Shown here one piece after another: positions 51,390 to 60,898 of a stretch of 64,000 nucleotides of DNA; the stretch's first letter is position 1; each line of letters opens with the position of its first letter. The stretch is from a virus, in the IMG/VR virus record IMGVR_UViG_3300031088_000759; one strand, written 5' to 3'. Under the pieces are notes generated by a model that saw only the letters and a program-made list of their open reading frames with translations, did not search any database and was not told the origin of the DNA. The translations under genes and the position numbers were made by a program.

Positions 51390-51950
51390 TCAAGCGGTTT
51401 TTCTCAGCACTTCTTTGAAAACTTCTTCACTAACAGGCTGAAGATCTTCATCCTCATACAAAGCTTTAAAACGGTTCTGAACAGTATTCTCCACACTCTC
51501 ATTATTAGTAACAGTCTTCAAATAAGTGTCCTGATACAGAGCATTCTCAAAAGGAACATCAAAACTGCGCGGAGTACGAGAATTTTTCGCATCCGCCTTA
51601 GCTCTCTTCATCACAAAATTCTTACGAGATTCCTTGTACGAAACATCATAAAAATCACGAAGAACCTTCCGAGCAAATTTATTAGAATAATCATTATCAC
51701 CAGCATTCTCATCAGCCAATTCTCTAATATAGCTCTTCTCTCTCAGCTTAACACCACACACATAGCCCAAGCAGAAAATTTTAAAAGCCAATGAGAAAGG
51801 TTCTAACTCAAGAAAACCTTCGTCATTTTCATAGTATTGATTATGGAAAATTTCACTATTATCCTCCGTGAAAGAACCCCACAAGAATACAACTTGAAAA
51901 AACAAATATATAAAGAGCACAACACCTAATAAAATCCACACAGCTCCCAT
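51390..51950 (-). CDS. Membrane protein
   Basis: N-terminal TM, AAGGAG RBS. Confidence 0.6.
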   Translation of the reverse strand: MGAVWILLGVVLFIYLFFQVVFLWGSFTEDNSEIFHNQYYENDEGFLELEPFSLAFKIFCLGYVCGVKLREKSYIRELADENAGDNDYSNKFARKVLRDFYDVSYKESRKNFVMKRAKADAKNSRTPRSFDVPFENALYQDTYLKTVTNNESVENTVQNRFKALYEDEDLQPVSEEVFKEVLRKTA

Positions 51951-52002
51951 TACACAACACTCCTTTTACAATTAAAACTACCCTGAATAATTAACTTAAA
52001 CT

Positions 52003-53388
52003 TCACTCACTAAAAACTTCTTTAAAAACTTTCTTAGAACTGAAATTATTCAACTCTTCAACAGCGCTATCAAACTCTTCAACTGACACTTTTGAGTTGC
52101 CTCTACTTGAAGATTCGATCATACGTAAAGAAGTATGATTTGCTACAACATTGTTCTCATCTTCTACCGGATTCAGCAAATTATTCAAAAACTCTTTATC
52201 CTTAACCTCTTCATCACTAAGAGCCTTCTTCAATTCAGAAAACTTCTGCTCTCGCAACTTACGATCTTTGCTAATCTTTTCAGCAAACTTTTCATCATAA
52301 CTGGGAAGCTCACTGACAATCTCTTCTTTAAGACTAATCTGAATACCCATCATAGAACTCAAAAGCATCAAACGCCTCTTCATATCATCTTCTGTAAGAT
52401 ATTTATTCACTGTTCCACGGTTAATGCTCTCCCATTTTGCTGCAACATTCAGTAAGACATACCTATCCGTATCCTCCTCATAACCAATGTTATACGAAAA
52501 CTTCTCATACCCATAACAGAAGAAACGATCCTTAATCGGAGTATGAGTTTGAGATTCATGCTTAGCAACTCTCGAAAGCATTCTCTTATAAAAATCTACC
52601 TTATATAGCTCTCGCAACCAGAACAGTAATACCCCTTGAACAAGCGTCCCTGAAATAACATTACCTAAATCATCTTCCAGAGTATATTTAACTATTGAGT
52701 CTTTTCGTCCCAACTTCAAGAGCTTAGATATCTCATCAGGATCAATAACAACATCATTGTTGTTTGAACTATCCAAAAAATCGTTGTTGAACAATCTTTC
52801 TTTCATCATTTTATTTTTGTCAAAGAATAATGACCATCCCACAGTTTTAGCTTCTTCGCTATACAGAATCTCTAGGATTTCTTTCCAAAAGGTTTCAAAA
52901 ACACTTATTTCAGAAACTTTTACAGTTTGAGCAGAAATTCCATCAACAACCTCAAAATGATTCAACACGTTATGTCCAGTGTTTTTCAAAAGCTTAATCA
53001 ACTGGTTCTTGAAGACAAGCTCATACCCATCAGGGAAAGTTGTATCATTATGAGTAAAAATATAGCAACTACGCCAATAACCATCCGCATTGTTCGAGAA
53101 AAGTTTTGTCACATCAAGAGCAGTGTTTTCAAGAAGTTCAACATAAAAATTATCATTAACATCCACAAGAAGAGCAACACAGAACTTTTTACCGCTCTTT
53201 TCAGTGTTTTCGGTGTTTTTCAGATCAAGTTTCAGATCAAGCATAACGTTTTTGAAGTTTTTCATTTCAATAACAGAAATATTCTTGTCATTCTTTGAAA
53301 CATAATGATACACTTCAGCTTTATTTGTTTCAGGTTTAATACCATCATGACTGTTCTTTTTACGTTCAAAAGGCCACACAATAGCCAT
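52003..53388 (-). CDS. Degenerate paralog of the GIY-YIG protein at 46401
   Basis: YWRSCYIFTH vs WWNSAIFFGH, KNQLIKLLKN vs EKNLIQKFKN, DDLGNVI..WLREL vs DSVGNVI..WLKQL; GIY, YxG, R and E are not retained. Confidence 0.6.
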   Translation of the reverse strand: MAIVWPFERKKNSHDGIKPETNKAEVYHYVSKNDKNISVIEMKNFKNVMLDLKLDLKNTENTEKSGKKFCVALLVDVNDNFYVELLENTALDVTKLFSNNADGYWRSCYIFTHNDTTFPDGYELVFKNQLIKLLKNTGHNVLNHFEVVDGISAQTVKVSEISVFETFWKEILEILYSEEAKTVGWSLFFDKNKMMKERLFNNDFLDSSNNNDVVIDPDEISKLLKLGRKDSIVKYTLEDDLGNVISGTLVQGVLLFWLRELYKVDFYKRMLSRVAKHESQTHTPIKDRFFCYGYEKFSYNIGYEEDTDRYVLLNVAAKWESINRGTVNKYLTEDDMKRRLMLLSSMMGIQISLKEEIVSELPSYDEKFAEKISKDRKLREQKFSELKKALSDEEVKDKEFLNNLLNPVEDENNVVANHTSLRMIESSSRGNSKVSVEEFDSAVEELNNFSSKKVFKEVFSE

Positions 53389-53775
53389 AATTTTCGCACT
53401 CCCTTAATAAAATCTTGACAAACAATATAATACATTCACTGATCATAATAACATTATTTAACATTGTTTGTCAAGATTAAAATAAACATTAAGCAAAAAG
53501 TCTTTATATAATACAAATGCTAAGTTTATACACCATGAATTGAGAAAGAGAGTGAATCGTTTCATAAAGAATGCTAAGCTTTGTTTCAGTTCTTTAACCT
53601 AACCTCTTCAAGTCAACATATGTTGTTCAAAACTGTTCAATGATTTTAAAGTTCGTTCTACAAAAATAAGTCAAAAAGTAGGTATATGCCTGTTTCTGAT
53701 ATAAAAGATATATCCTTTTTAGAAAATTTTATTTTTTATGGGATGTTAAAACTGTCAGAATAGGAGATGGTGAAT

Positions 53776-53943
53776 ATGACAGAACAAAACAATACACATG
53801 TAGAGAAGAAAGAACCCGTAGTATCACCTGAAGTTGAAGACAATGGTACACAAAAGAAGAAGTTTAACAGTATCATTCTTCCAGCCGCTCTTGTAGGTTC
53901 AATTGTATTAGTAGGATTCCTTGTAGCAGCACTCTACTTGTGA
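53776..53943 (+). CDS. 55-aa tail-anchored small membrane protein (not in ORF track)
   Basis: AGGAG RBS; ends IILPAALVGSIVLVGFLVAALYL*; hairpin at ~53955-54008. Confidence 0.6.
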   Translation: MTEQNNTHVEKKEPVVSPEVEDNGTQKKKFNSIILPAALVGSIVLVGFLVAALYL

Positions 53944-54080
53944 AAAATCAATAAAAAGAACTGTTCAACAATGATTGAAAAATTTTGTCATTGTTGAACA
54001 GTTCTTTCTTGTACATACAATATTTTGTTAAGGCTAAAAATGACACACAATCCATTATGAGAGAGAAAAACTCTTCGTCT

Positions 54081-54196
54081 AACTCCACTTATCGAAAAAG
54101 CGCTATTTTAAAAAAGTTTCCAAAAACCATAAATTTATACCCCAAAAAACTTTGCTTACACGCCGGTTTTTTGGGGTATAAATTCTCCGCTGTTTT
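54081..54196 (-). repeat. Dispersed non-coding element, copy D (reverse orientation, most divergent)
   Basis: Arms aatttataccccaaaaa/tttttggggtataaatt with 19-nt spacer in the same register as A-C; AAACAGCGGA in the motif position; GTGGAG at the G-run offset. Confidence 0.6.
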
Positions 54197-54229
54197 CAAC
54201 GTATTGCGAAACCGTCTAATATCCTAAAA

Positions 54230-54847
54230 TCAAAGACACTTTCCATGATAAATACTCGTTGCAATCTTATCTGACTCTTCAGTCATCTTATACTTTGAAA
54301 ACATTGATACACTATTCTCCAAAGCCTCTTTATCAGCATCAAGATAAAGAACAGCATACGAAGAAGTAGCAGCTTCAATATTATCTCCAGCAATCGTAGG
54401 AACAAGCTCACCACATTTATCATAAATTAACTTATGAGCAATTTCATGTTTAATATAATCAACAAAGAAACGCTTTCGATAAACATTCTTATGAACACCA
54501 TCTGTATTAACAAAGATATACTCAGGATAAGCAGAACACACAAGAGCCACTGTGTTGCTCGTACTATGACCTAAACAACCTTCTGGAACTTTGTCAAAAC
54601 TGTACACAATTTTCATATTGTACATATTCGCAAACTCTTCAACATCATCCCTGTAATCATTATCAGTCAAATCTGCATGAGAAGAGTTCAAGAAACTTTC
54701 CTGTTCTACATTCAACGCTGAACTAACATTGTTAACATGATTATCTTTCACAAAAAGATTAGTTGTTGAAAAGCCTGCAATCACTGCGATAGTAAACACA
54801 GCGCATAAAAAGATAGCATCTACTACCTGATTAATGATTCTACGCAC
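54230..54847 (-). CDS. Membrane-anchored HExxH (zincin-like) protein
   Basis: N-terminal TM; VALVCSA..FVNTD..KHEIAHKLI..CG..E..TSSYAV. Confidence 0.75.
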   Translation of the reverse strand: MRRIINQVVDAIFLCAVFTIAVIAGFSTTNLFVKDNHVNNVSSALNVEQESFLNSSHADLTDNDYRDDVEEFANMYNMKIVYSFDKVPEGCLGHSTSNTVALVCSAYPEYIFVNTDGVHKNVYRKRFFVDYIKHEIAHKLIYDKCGELVPTIAGDNIEAATSSYAVLYLDADKEALENSVSMFSKYKMTEESDKIATSIYHGKCL

Positions 54848-54885
54848 AACAACTCTTTCATCTTAGTATTAAAAATTTTATTAAA

Positions 54886-55398
54886 TTACTGAACAAACGT
54901 GTTTTCTGAAAGACTACTCTTCAAATCAGAATTATTAACAACTTCATCAATTTTAAAACCGATAACATAGTCAATAAGTTTTTCAATCATCTCATGATCA
55001 GACTTACTTTTAATAAGATTCGATTCTTTGCTGATTGTTTTCAAAAGATTTTCAATTTCCTCTTTTGAAAACAGTTCAACATCAAAAATATTAAAATATT
55101 CAGTCCATACAGTATGGATTTTATGATGATTCAATCCGTTATACAACGCTTTGGCAAACTTTGGACGGGATGCGAGAATATCTGCCACATCATCAACCAT
55201 AATCGTATTACAAAAACTTACAAGATCGTTTTTAGTGTAATCCTTTTTAAAAATTGAACTAGTGTAATTCTCTGACAAATCAATCCATCGAAACAGAGCC
55301 TTTGTATGCTTGATCTTTTCTTCAACAACATCACGTTCAAGATAAAGACCTTTTATTACGCTTTTAAGATCATTTGCTCCATTGCGAAATTCACTCAT
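54886..55398 (-). CDS. Hypothetical protein
   Basis: Start probably MSEFRNG (GAGG RBS). Confidence 0.6.
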   Translation of the reverse strand: MSEFRNGANDLKSVIKGLYLERDVVEEKIKHTKALFRWIDLSENYTSSIFKKDYTKNDLVSFCNTIMVDDVADILASRPKFAKALYNGLNHHKIHTVWTEYFNIFDVELFSKEEIENLLKTISKESNLIKSKSDHEMIEKLIDYVIGFKIDEVVNNSDLKSSLSENTFVQ

Positions 55399-55513
55399 TT
55401 TTTCCTCTTTCTCTGCCCTTATATAAATAGTAAGAACATATTCATTAAATAATACATCAAGCATATATTATCACAACGTTTTCTAAAAGACAAACTGAAT
55501 TTATTACTACTTG

Positions 55514-56539
55514 TTAGACGCACTTTCCTTCATCATGAATCAAAGCAGCAACTTTATCTGACTCATCTGTCATTTTGTATTCACTGTATGCATCACTGCT
55601 AGCTTGAAGTGTTAAATAATCAGCACCCAAATATTGGACAGCATATGAGGAAGTCACGCTTTCGTAATTGCTGCCCGCTATTTCAGGAAGCATAGTTCCA
55701 CAACGTTCAAAAATTAACTTATGCGCAATTTCGTGTTTAATAAAATCCAAGAAAGCGTAATCTTCAAGAACACCATTCTGTCCGTAGTCGGTATTCACAT
55801 AAATAATTGATGTATCAGCTGAACACACTAATGCTATAACATTATCGTAGTTATTGTGAGAATATGAATTAATACAAGATTGTGGCATTTTTGTCAAACC
55901 ATAGATGATAGACATGTCAAAAACATCTACTAAATATTCAGCTTCATCAACAGCATCATCACCCTGTGCAATAGTGTTGATAGCAATCTGTTCCTTCTGA
56001 GAAATTTTCTTGTCCAATGACTGTGTTCTGTTCCCATTCACACCAGAATCTATAACCTGCTCACCAGTATCAAGAACTATCTCTACTGGTGTAAAATCAA
56101 CACCACTCGTGAAATCTTCTACTAAACTATTCAATTCTTCATCAACTTCTTCAACAACAGTAATATATTCATCTGTTTCTTGAGGGTTGAGATTCTTCAC
56201 TGTTTCAAGCTTTTGCTTTTGAAGTATTAGTCTGTTGAAAAAACTTTGTATATACTGATCAGAGGCTTTGTTGAGAGGCATACCATAATGAGAGTAAATT
56301 TCACCTGAATTTTTTAAATCATTGTTAGTTGTATATATTTCATCTAATTTACTGTTTGTCTCTCTGTATTCCTCGGTCCATGCAGCTTTATTTGAAGATG
56401 GAATGAGCAATGTTATATCTTCTACAATTTCAGCAGAACTCATATTTTCAAAGTAAATTTTATGAAAAAGGTAATTACCAAAGCCAAGCATGACTATAAC
56501 AATTATGAGAGAAGAAAATAAACGAAAAACTTTACTCAC
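55514..56539 (-). CDS. Membrane-anchored HExxH protein, paralog of 54230
   Basis: IALVCSA..YVNTD..KHEIAHKLI..CG..TSSYAV..YKMTDESDK. Confidence 0.78.
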   Translation of the reverse strand: MSKVFRLFSSLIIVIVMLGFGNYLFHKIYFENMSSAEIVEDITLLIPSSNKAAWTEEYRETNSKLDEIYTTNNDLKNSGEIYSHYGMPLNKASDQYIQSFFNRLILQKQKLETVKNLNPQETDEYITVVEEVDEELNSLVEDFTSGVDFTPVEIVLDTGEQVIDSGVNGNRTQSLDKKISQKEQIAINTIAQGDDAVDEAEYLVDVFDMSIIYGLTKMPQSCINSYSHNNYDNVIALVCSADTSIIYVNTDYGQNGVLEDYAFLDFIKHEIAHKLIFERCGTMLPEIAGSNYESVTSSYAVQYLGADYLTLQASSDAYSEYKMTDESDKVAALIHDEGKCV

Positions 56540-56605
56540 AATTTTCTCCTCCAGCTACAAGTCTTATTGTTGGTTTTACCTGTAGCTATTATATCAACAA
56601 GAAAA

Positions 56606-57031
56606 TCATGTTCTTGTATGAATAGTAATATACCTTCCATCCAGCCCTAGATTAAAAGTTCCTGCATTATCTTTAACAAAAATTGTTGATTCTTTGAGAT
56701 TTACAAAACGGCCCTGCTGAGCTGAGGAGAAATCGCTACGAAGACTTCTCGGAATCAGGCCAATAAGCCCACTGTCTACTTGGTAAATATTGTTCTCATT
56801 ATCGTGATAAATTCCATCACCATACGCTGTTCGCATAGCAGCAATCATTTGATCCTCATAATACCCAGCACAAAAATCAGCATCATTAGTAAACTGTACA
56901 TCTAAAAGTGATACGTAAAGCTTCTTGTCAAGGAATAGAGCAGGGTCTCCTAACCAGTATTCACCAGCGGGAAAGAGATAACCAGTACCATGATTAAAGT
57001 TTTGAGGATGAATATTCAGTAAATCGAACAT
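56606..57031 (-). CDS. Conserved phage-type hypothetical protein
   Basis: PAGEYWLGDP..TAYGDG.Y.D..VDSGLIGLIP; start MFDLL with AGGAG RBS. Confidence 0.7.
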   Translation of the reverse strand: MFDLLNIHPQNFNHGTGYLFPAGEYWLGDPALFLDKKLYVSLLDVQFTNDADFCAGYYEDQMIAAMRTAYGDGIYHDNENNIYQVDSGLIGLIPRSLRSDFSSAQQGRFVNLKESTIFVKDNAGTFNLGLDGRYITIHTRT

Positions 57032-57189
57032 GTTATTGTCTCCTATTTCAAAGTCCATAAAATTCATATTATACATCTATATATTGTTTTTATATTAAGT
57101 ATCGTAATATATTAGCATAGTATAAGCACTTAATCAAATTTTTAAAATGTTTTTTTGATTAAGTGCTTATACTATACATTTTGTTAATA

Positions 57190-58746
57190 TTATTTTTTCT
57201 TCAACAATCTCACATTACTCAATGTAGTTTGATCTATACCTTGGTAGCTTCCGTGCTTCTTAACTTTTCCTGAACTCAACACTATGTCATCACCCGGTTC
57301 TGCTTCTATTTCTACACCTGTGAACCATGTTACTTGATGACCTTCCTCATCTTTTGCTGTAACGATAGTTTTAGAGATAGGATTCCCCCAATAATCATCG
57401 CTTGTGAAATTTTTTGTAGAGTAGAGAGTGAAAGTAGTTCCCTTCTCTATCTTACTGTCAATTTCACCATAATGACCTGATGTGAATTCAGCAACCTTTT
57501 TAGCTTTTCGCTGTTCTTCTTCTTTGCGTTTTTTGTCATTATATTCTTGACGTTTTAGAACAGCTATTCCCGAAATAAGAGTTGGAATGTCTTTTGATGA
57601 CACATATTCACCATTTGCTAATACTCTAACGTTATCTATGTAATCACCTTCACCTTCAAGGTTTTTTAATTGTTCTAGAACGTCTGCTGCACGACCGTTT
57701 TCTTTGTACCTTGATGCCATGGATTTTATTTCATCGTAGTATTCTTGTTCCTGCGGGTCAGTTGTATTAATATGCGAAGAAAGCATAACGTTGGAAAGTA
57801 TAGTGTATGTAGATTTGCTATCCGTGTTAAGAGCTTGTGATTTAGACATGAAATATTCGCCATTGCCTGAAATTGCTAAAGCTGTTGACATAATATCTTC
57901 TGATTTGTTCTTAGGAGGAGACTGTCTGATAGTATCCATTTCGTCACTTATCTCTTCTAGGGGATCACTGCTCAAAGCCCATAGGCCAGCAGGTTTAGCA
58001 CCTAGATAGGCAGCAACACAGCCTGATCCTATCTGTAAACGATTACCATCAGGGTCTTTTACAATATATGTCTTATTTCGGTCTCTCTTCTGACCACAGT
58101 GATCACATGTCAAATCTTCAGGCTTCCAGCCTTTCAGATCAACTCCACGTGCTGAACGAGTTACAAAACCAGCTTCCGCTCTTGTGATTACGGCTTCGAA
58201 ATCATGCTTTCTTCCTTCATTGGTATAAGAAATAACTGGAGCACTCAGACCGAATTCATAATAAGTAATTTGAACTTCTCTTCCTTCAACAAATTTATTG
58301 AAAGTTTTTTCTTCTACTTCATACTCAAACTTATCAGTAATACCAGCACGTTCAAGTTTTCTATTAACCTTTTCAATAGCATCTATAGCCTTGTCATAGT
58401 TAGCTTCGGTAACTTTGTAGACTACTGAGGAATTTTTCTTCTCTTCTTCTAATTGAGCATAATATTCTTCCTGCTCACGAGCAACTTCTTCTTCGTATTT
58501 GTCAATGTTCTTCTGGTAAGATTCTTGTTCGGCTTTTCGTTCCGCCCATGGATTACGTGCTTTCGGCTTAGATACAGTGGAAACGCTTCCATACGCAGCA
58601 TTCATTTCGCTCTCAGCGTGTTTTTTCGCGGCTTCTTTTGTGTCAAAATGAGGTGGTTCCTGCCCATCTACCGCAAAATCACAACGAATCTTAGCGCGAC
58701 AAATATTAGGATTTCCCGTTTCAGGATTCACATGGTATCTAGTCAT
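57190..58746 (-). CDS. Phage-type Zn-finger protein with probable C-terminal OB-fold and a shared N-terminal module
   Basis: CDHCGQKRDRNKTY..IGSGC; KVKKHGSYQGIDQTTLS; N-terminus YHVNPETG..C.AKIRCDF..PPHF. Confidence 0.8.
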   Translation of the reverse strand: MTRYHVNPETGNPNICRAKIRCDFAVDGQEPPHFDTKEAAKKHAESEMNAAYGSVSTVSKPKARNPWAERKAEQESYQKNIDKYEEEVAREQEEYYAQLEEEKKNSSVVYKVTEANYDKAIDAIEKVNRKLERAGITDKFEYEVEEKTFNKFVEGREVQITYYEFGLSAPVISYTNEGRKHDFEAVITRAEAGFVTRSARGVDLKGWKPEDLTCDHCGQKRDRNKTYIVKDPDGNRLQIGSGCVAAYLGAKPAGLWALSSDPLEEISDEMDTIRQSPPKNKSEDIMSTALAISGNGEYFMSKSQALNTDSKSTYTILSNVMLSSHINTTDPQEQEYYDEIKSMASRYKENGRAADVLEQLKNLEGEGDYIDNVRVLANGEYVSSKDIPTLISGIAVLKRQEYNDKKRKEEEQRKAKKVAEFTSGHYGEIDSKIEKGTTFTLYSTKNFTSDDYWGNPISKTIVTAKDEEGHQVTWFTGVEIEAEPGDDIVLSSGKVKKHGSYQGIDQTTLSNVRLLKKK

Positions 58747-58902
58747 TATAATTTTACTCCCCCGTTAACAGATAATAAAATCTTTTCTAAAATAGAAAAA
58801 TCAAAGTCAATAGTTAATAAAATTAATCCACAATTCAGTAAAGTACCGCTCAGAATTAATAAACTTTTCTGAGCGGTACTTTACTGTATAATTTTAAAAT
58901 TC

Positions 58903-60756
58903 TCAAGCAAAGCTAGGTTTGTGAGAACTGTTCCAATTAGAAGTTCCTGTATCGAAACTAGAAGTGTAAGCAATATTGAACTTCCAAGCACTCAAATTCT
59001 GATTAAAAGCACTTGCACCAAAGAATGTTTGAACAACAGAGTTAACTTTGCTGACATCCCAATTCATAGGAGCACCACTTTGCCCTGAAGCTTGACCATT
59101 ATTGAAATACTTGTTCGAGTTAAACATTACATTCATTTTTTCAACATTACTTGTGTTCCAATCACCAATATATTGATTAAACACAGTATTAGCGAAAAGA
59201 CTATTCATGAATTTAACGTTTTTCGTATCCCAATTAAGAGGACTATTAGAAACACCTGGAGCATCACCATTGTTAAATTTTGTTGCCAAGAAGAACATTG
59301 AACCCATATCAACTACATTACCAGTATCTAAACCGCTGACACTCTGGTTAAAGACGTTATTAGAGTAGAACATATTGCTCATATCAGTCACATTAGAAGT
59401 ATTCAAAGTTAGAGGCTTATTGCCCGTATCAGAATAGCCTCCACCATTATTGAAGGCTTTGCTAAAGGCAAACATTCTAGACATATTCTCAACTTTTTCA
59501 GTATTCCAATCAGAAATGTCTTGATTGAAACTTTCTGACTGCTCAAACATTCTGGACATATTTACAACATTGCTCTTATCACCTATGAACGGTTGATTGA
59601 AAGCTTTAGTAGTGTAGAACATTTGTTCCATTGTTGAAACGTTTCTAGTGTTCCATTCAAGAGGCTGACCACCATTATTAAAGCTGGAAGTTTGTTTGAA
59701 CATTGAGTCCATTGATACAACATTAGATACATTCCAACTATTCAAATTAATATCCATAGATGATGACTCAAAAGTACCATTCATGCTTCTGACACTTGAA
59801 ACATCCCATTTTTGAACATTCTCAATACCAGTAGAGGATAAATTAGTGCCATAAAGGGCACGATCCAAAGATGTAACTGTTTCTGGAAGATCACTTGTAA
59901 TATTTTCTAAAGATAACCCTAATAGGCTTAATGAAGTTACTCCATCTGCTATCAAAGAGTAATCCCTAGCGCATAGAATAGATGACAAAGTTCCATTATC
60001 GTAATCAGAAGTAGTCATCATACTCGTAATTGATTCGATGTTTCCTTCGACAGTTACTTCATATTCAACACCAGCGTTCATTGTGTATGGTTCGGATATG
60101 TTCTTAGGAGAAGCAGCACCAATGTTTTGATTCTGAGAAACACCCAAGCTTTCATAGTTTCCATTGCTATCTTCAACCAAAATTGAAGCATCAGGTGAAA
60201 TTCCTACAAAAGGTAATCTTAATGTAGTTGTAGTATCACACATGAAAGTTGCCTTAGTGATCTTGTTTTCACCAATCACTTCTGGTGGAACAACTTCACC
60301 ATCTTCATTCGGGTCAACTGGGTCTGTTCCACCATCACCACTCAAAGGTGTGATTCTTTCAGCTACCACTTCCCCATTATGATACGAAGCAGTTACTTTG
60401 AACCTATCATTACCTAAAGGTTCAACATTAACTGTAATACTTTTTTCTCCATCCTTAGCATTTGAGGAAGAATTGTACTCATCCGCAATTCCCAATGGAT
60501 CTGTTGCGGAATCATTATCCAAAGCATAAGACATAACTTTATCATAGGTTGTCATAGCTGCTGATTGTGTAGCACCATTTATTGAATCTTTTTTCACAGC
60601 TGCATAACTTGATACACCCACGGTACTCAAAAGCAATAAAATACCCACTGCTACTGAAAGCTCTAATAATGTGAAGCCTTCATCATTGTAAGATTTTTTG
60701 TTCATCTTATTGTGTATTTTTTGAATTAAAGATACGAATCTTTTATCCATCACCAT
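58903..60756 (-). CDS. Type IV pilin-like protein fused to DUF285 (BspA-like) repeats
   Basis: G|FTLLELSVAVGILLLL; many W(N/D)(T/V)SNVxxMxxMF..FN repeats. Confidence 0.88.
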   Translation of the reverse strand: MVMDKRFVSLIQKIHNKMNKKSYNDEGFTLLELSVAVGILLLLSTVGVSSYAAVKKDSINGATQSAAMTTYDKVMSYALDNDSATDPLGIADEYNSSSNAKDGEKSITVNVEPLGNDRFKVTASYHNGEVVAERITPLSGDGGTDPVDPNEDGEVVPPEVIGENKITKATFMCDTTTTLRLPFVGISPDASILVEDSNGNYESLGVSQNQNIGAASPKNISEPYTMNAGVEYEVTVEGNIESITSMMTTSDYDNGTLSSILCARDYSLIADGVTSLSLLGLSLENITSDLPETVTSLDRALYGTNLSSTGIENVQKWDVSSVRSMNGTFESSSMDINLNSWNVSNVVSMDSMFKQTSSFNNGGQPLEWNTRNVSTMEQMFYTTKAFNQPFIGDKSNVVNMSRMFEQSESFNQDISDWNTEKVENMSRMFAFSKAFNNGGGYSDTGNKPLTLNTSNVTDMSNMFYSNNVFNQSVSGLDTGNVVDMGSMFFLATKFNNGDAPGVSNSPLNWDTKNVKFMNSLFANTVFNQYIGDWNTSNVEKMNVMFNSNKYFNNGQASGQSGAPMNWDVSKVNSVVQTFFGASAFNQNLSAWKFNIAYTSSFDTGTSNWNSSHKPSFA

Positions 60757-60898
60757 CTCCTTGTTAAACTCACCATAAATATCTATAAAAATATTTGTTT
60801 AAATGAGCACTACCAGTATTTTTGCTTTTAGAACAATAAAAAGTGAGCACCGCATAAAATACGTGTACTCACTTTTTATTGTTTGTTTTTATTTTTTA

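Noticed and set aside
11455-54196. Four-copy element as CRISPR repeats or integron attC sites
   Set aside because: The copies are kilobases apart with no repeat-spacer array. No RYYYAAC/GTTRRRY ends, extrahelical bases, cas gene or integrase were seen.
53985-54227. 80-aa plus-strand ORF
   Set aside because: It spans a terminator hairpin and element copy D, has no RBS, and is probably spurious.
59000-59900. Periodic DNA repeats
   Set aside because: Explained by the protein-level DUF285 repeats in the pilin-like gene.
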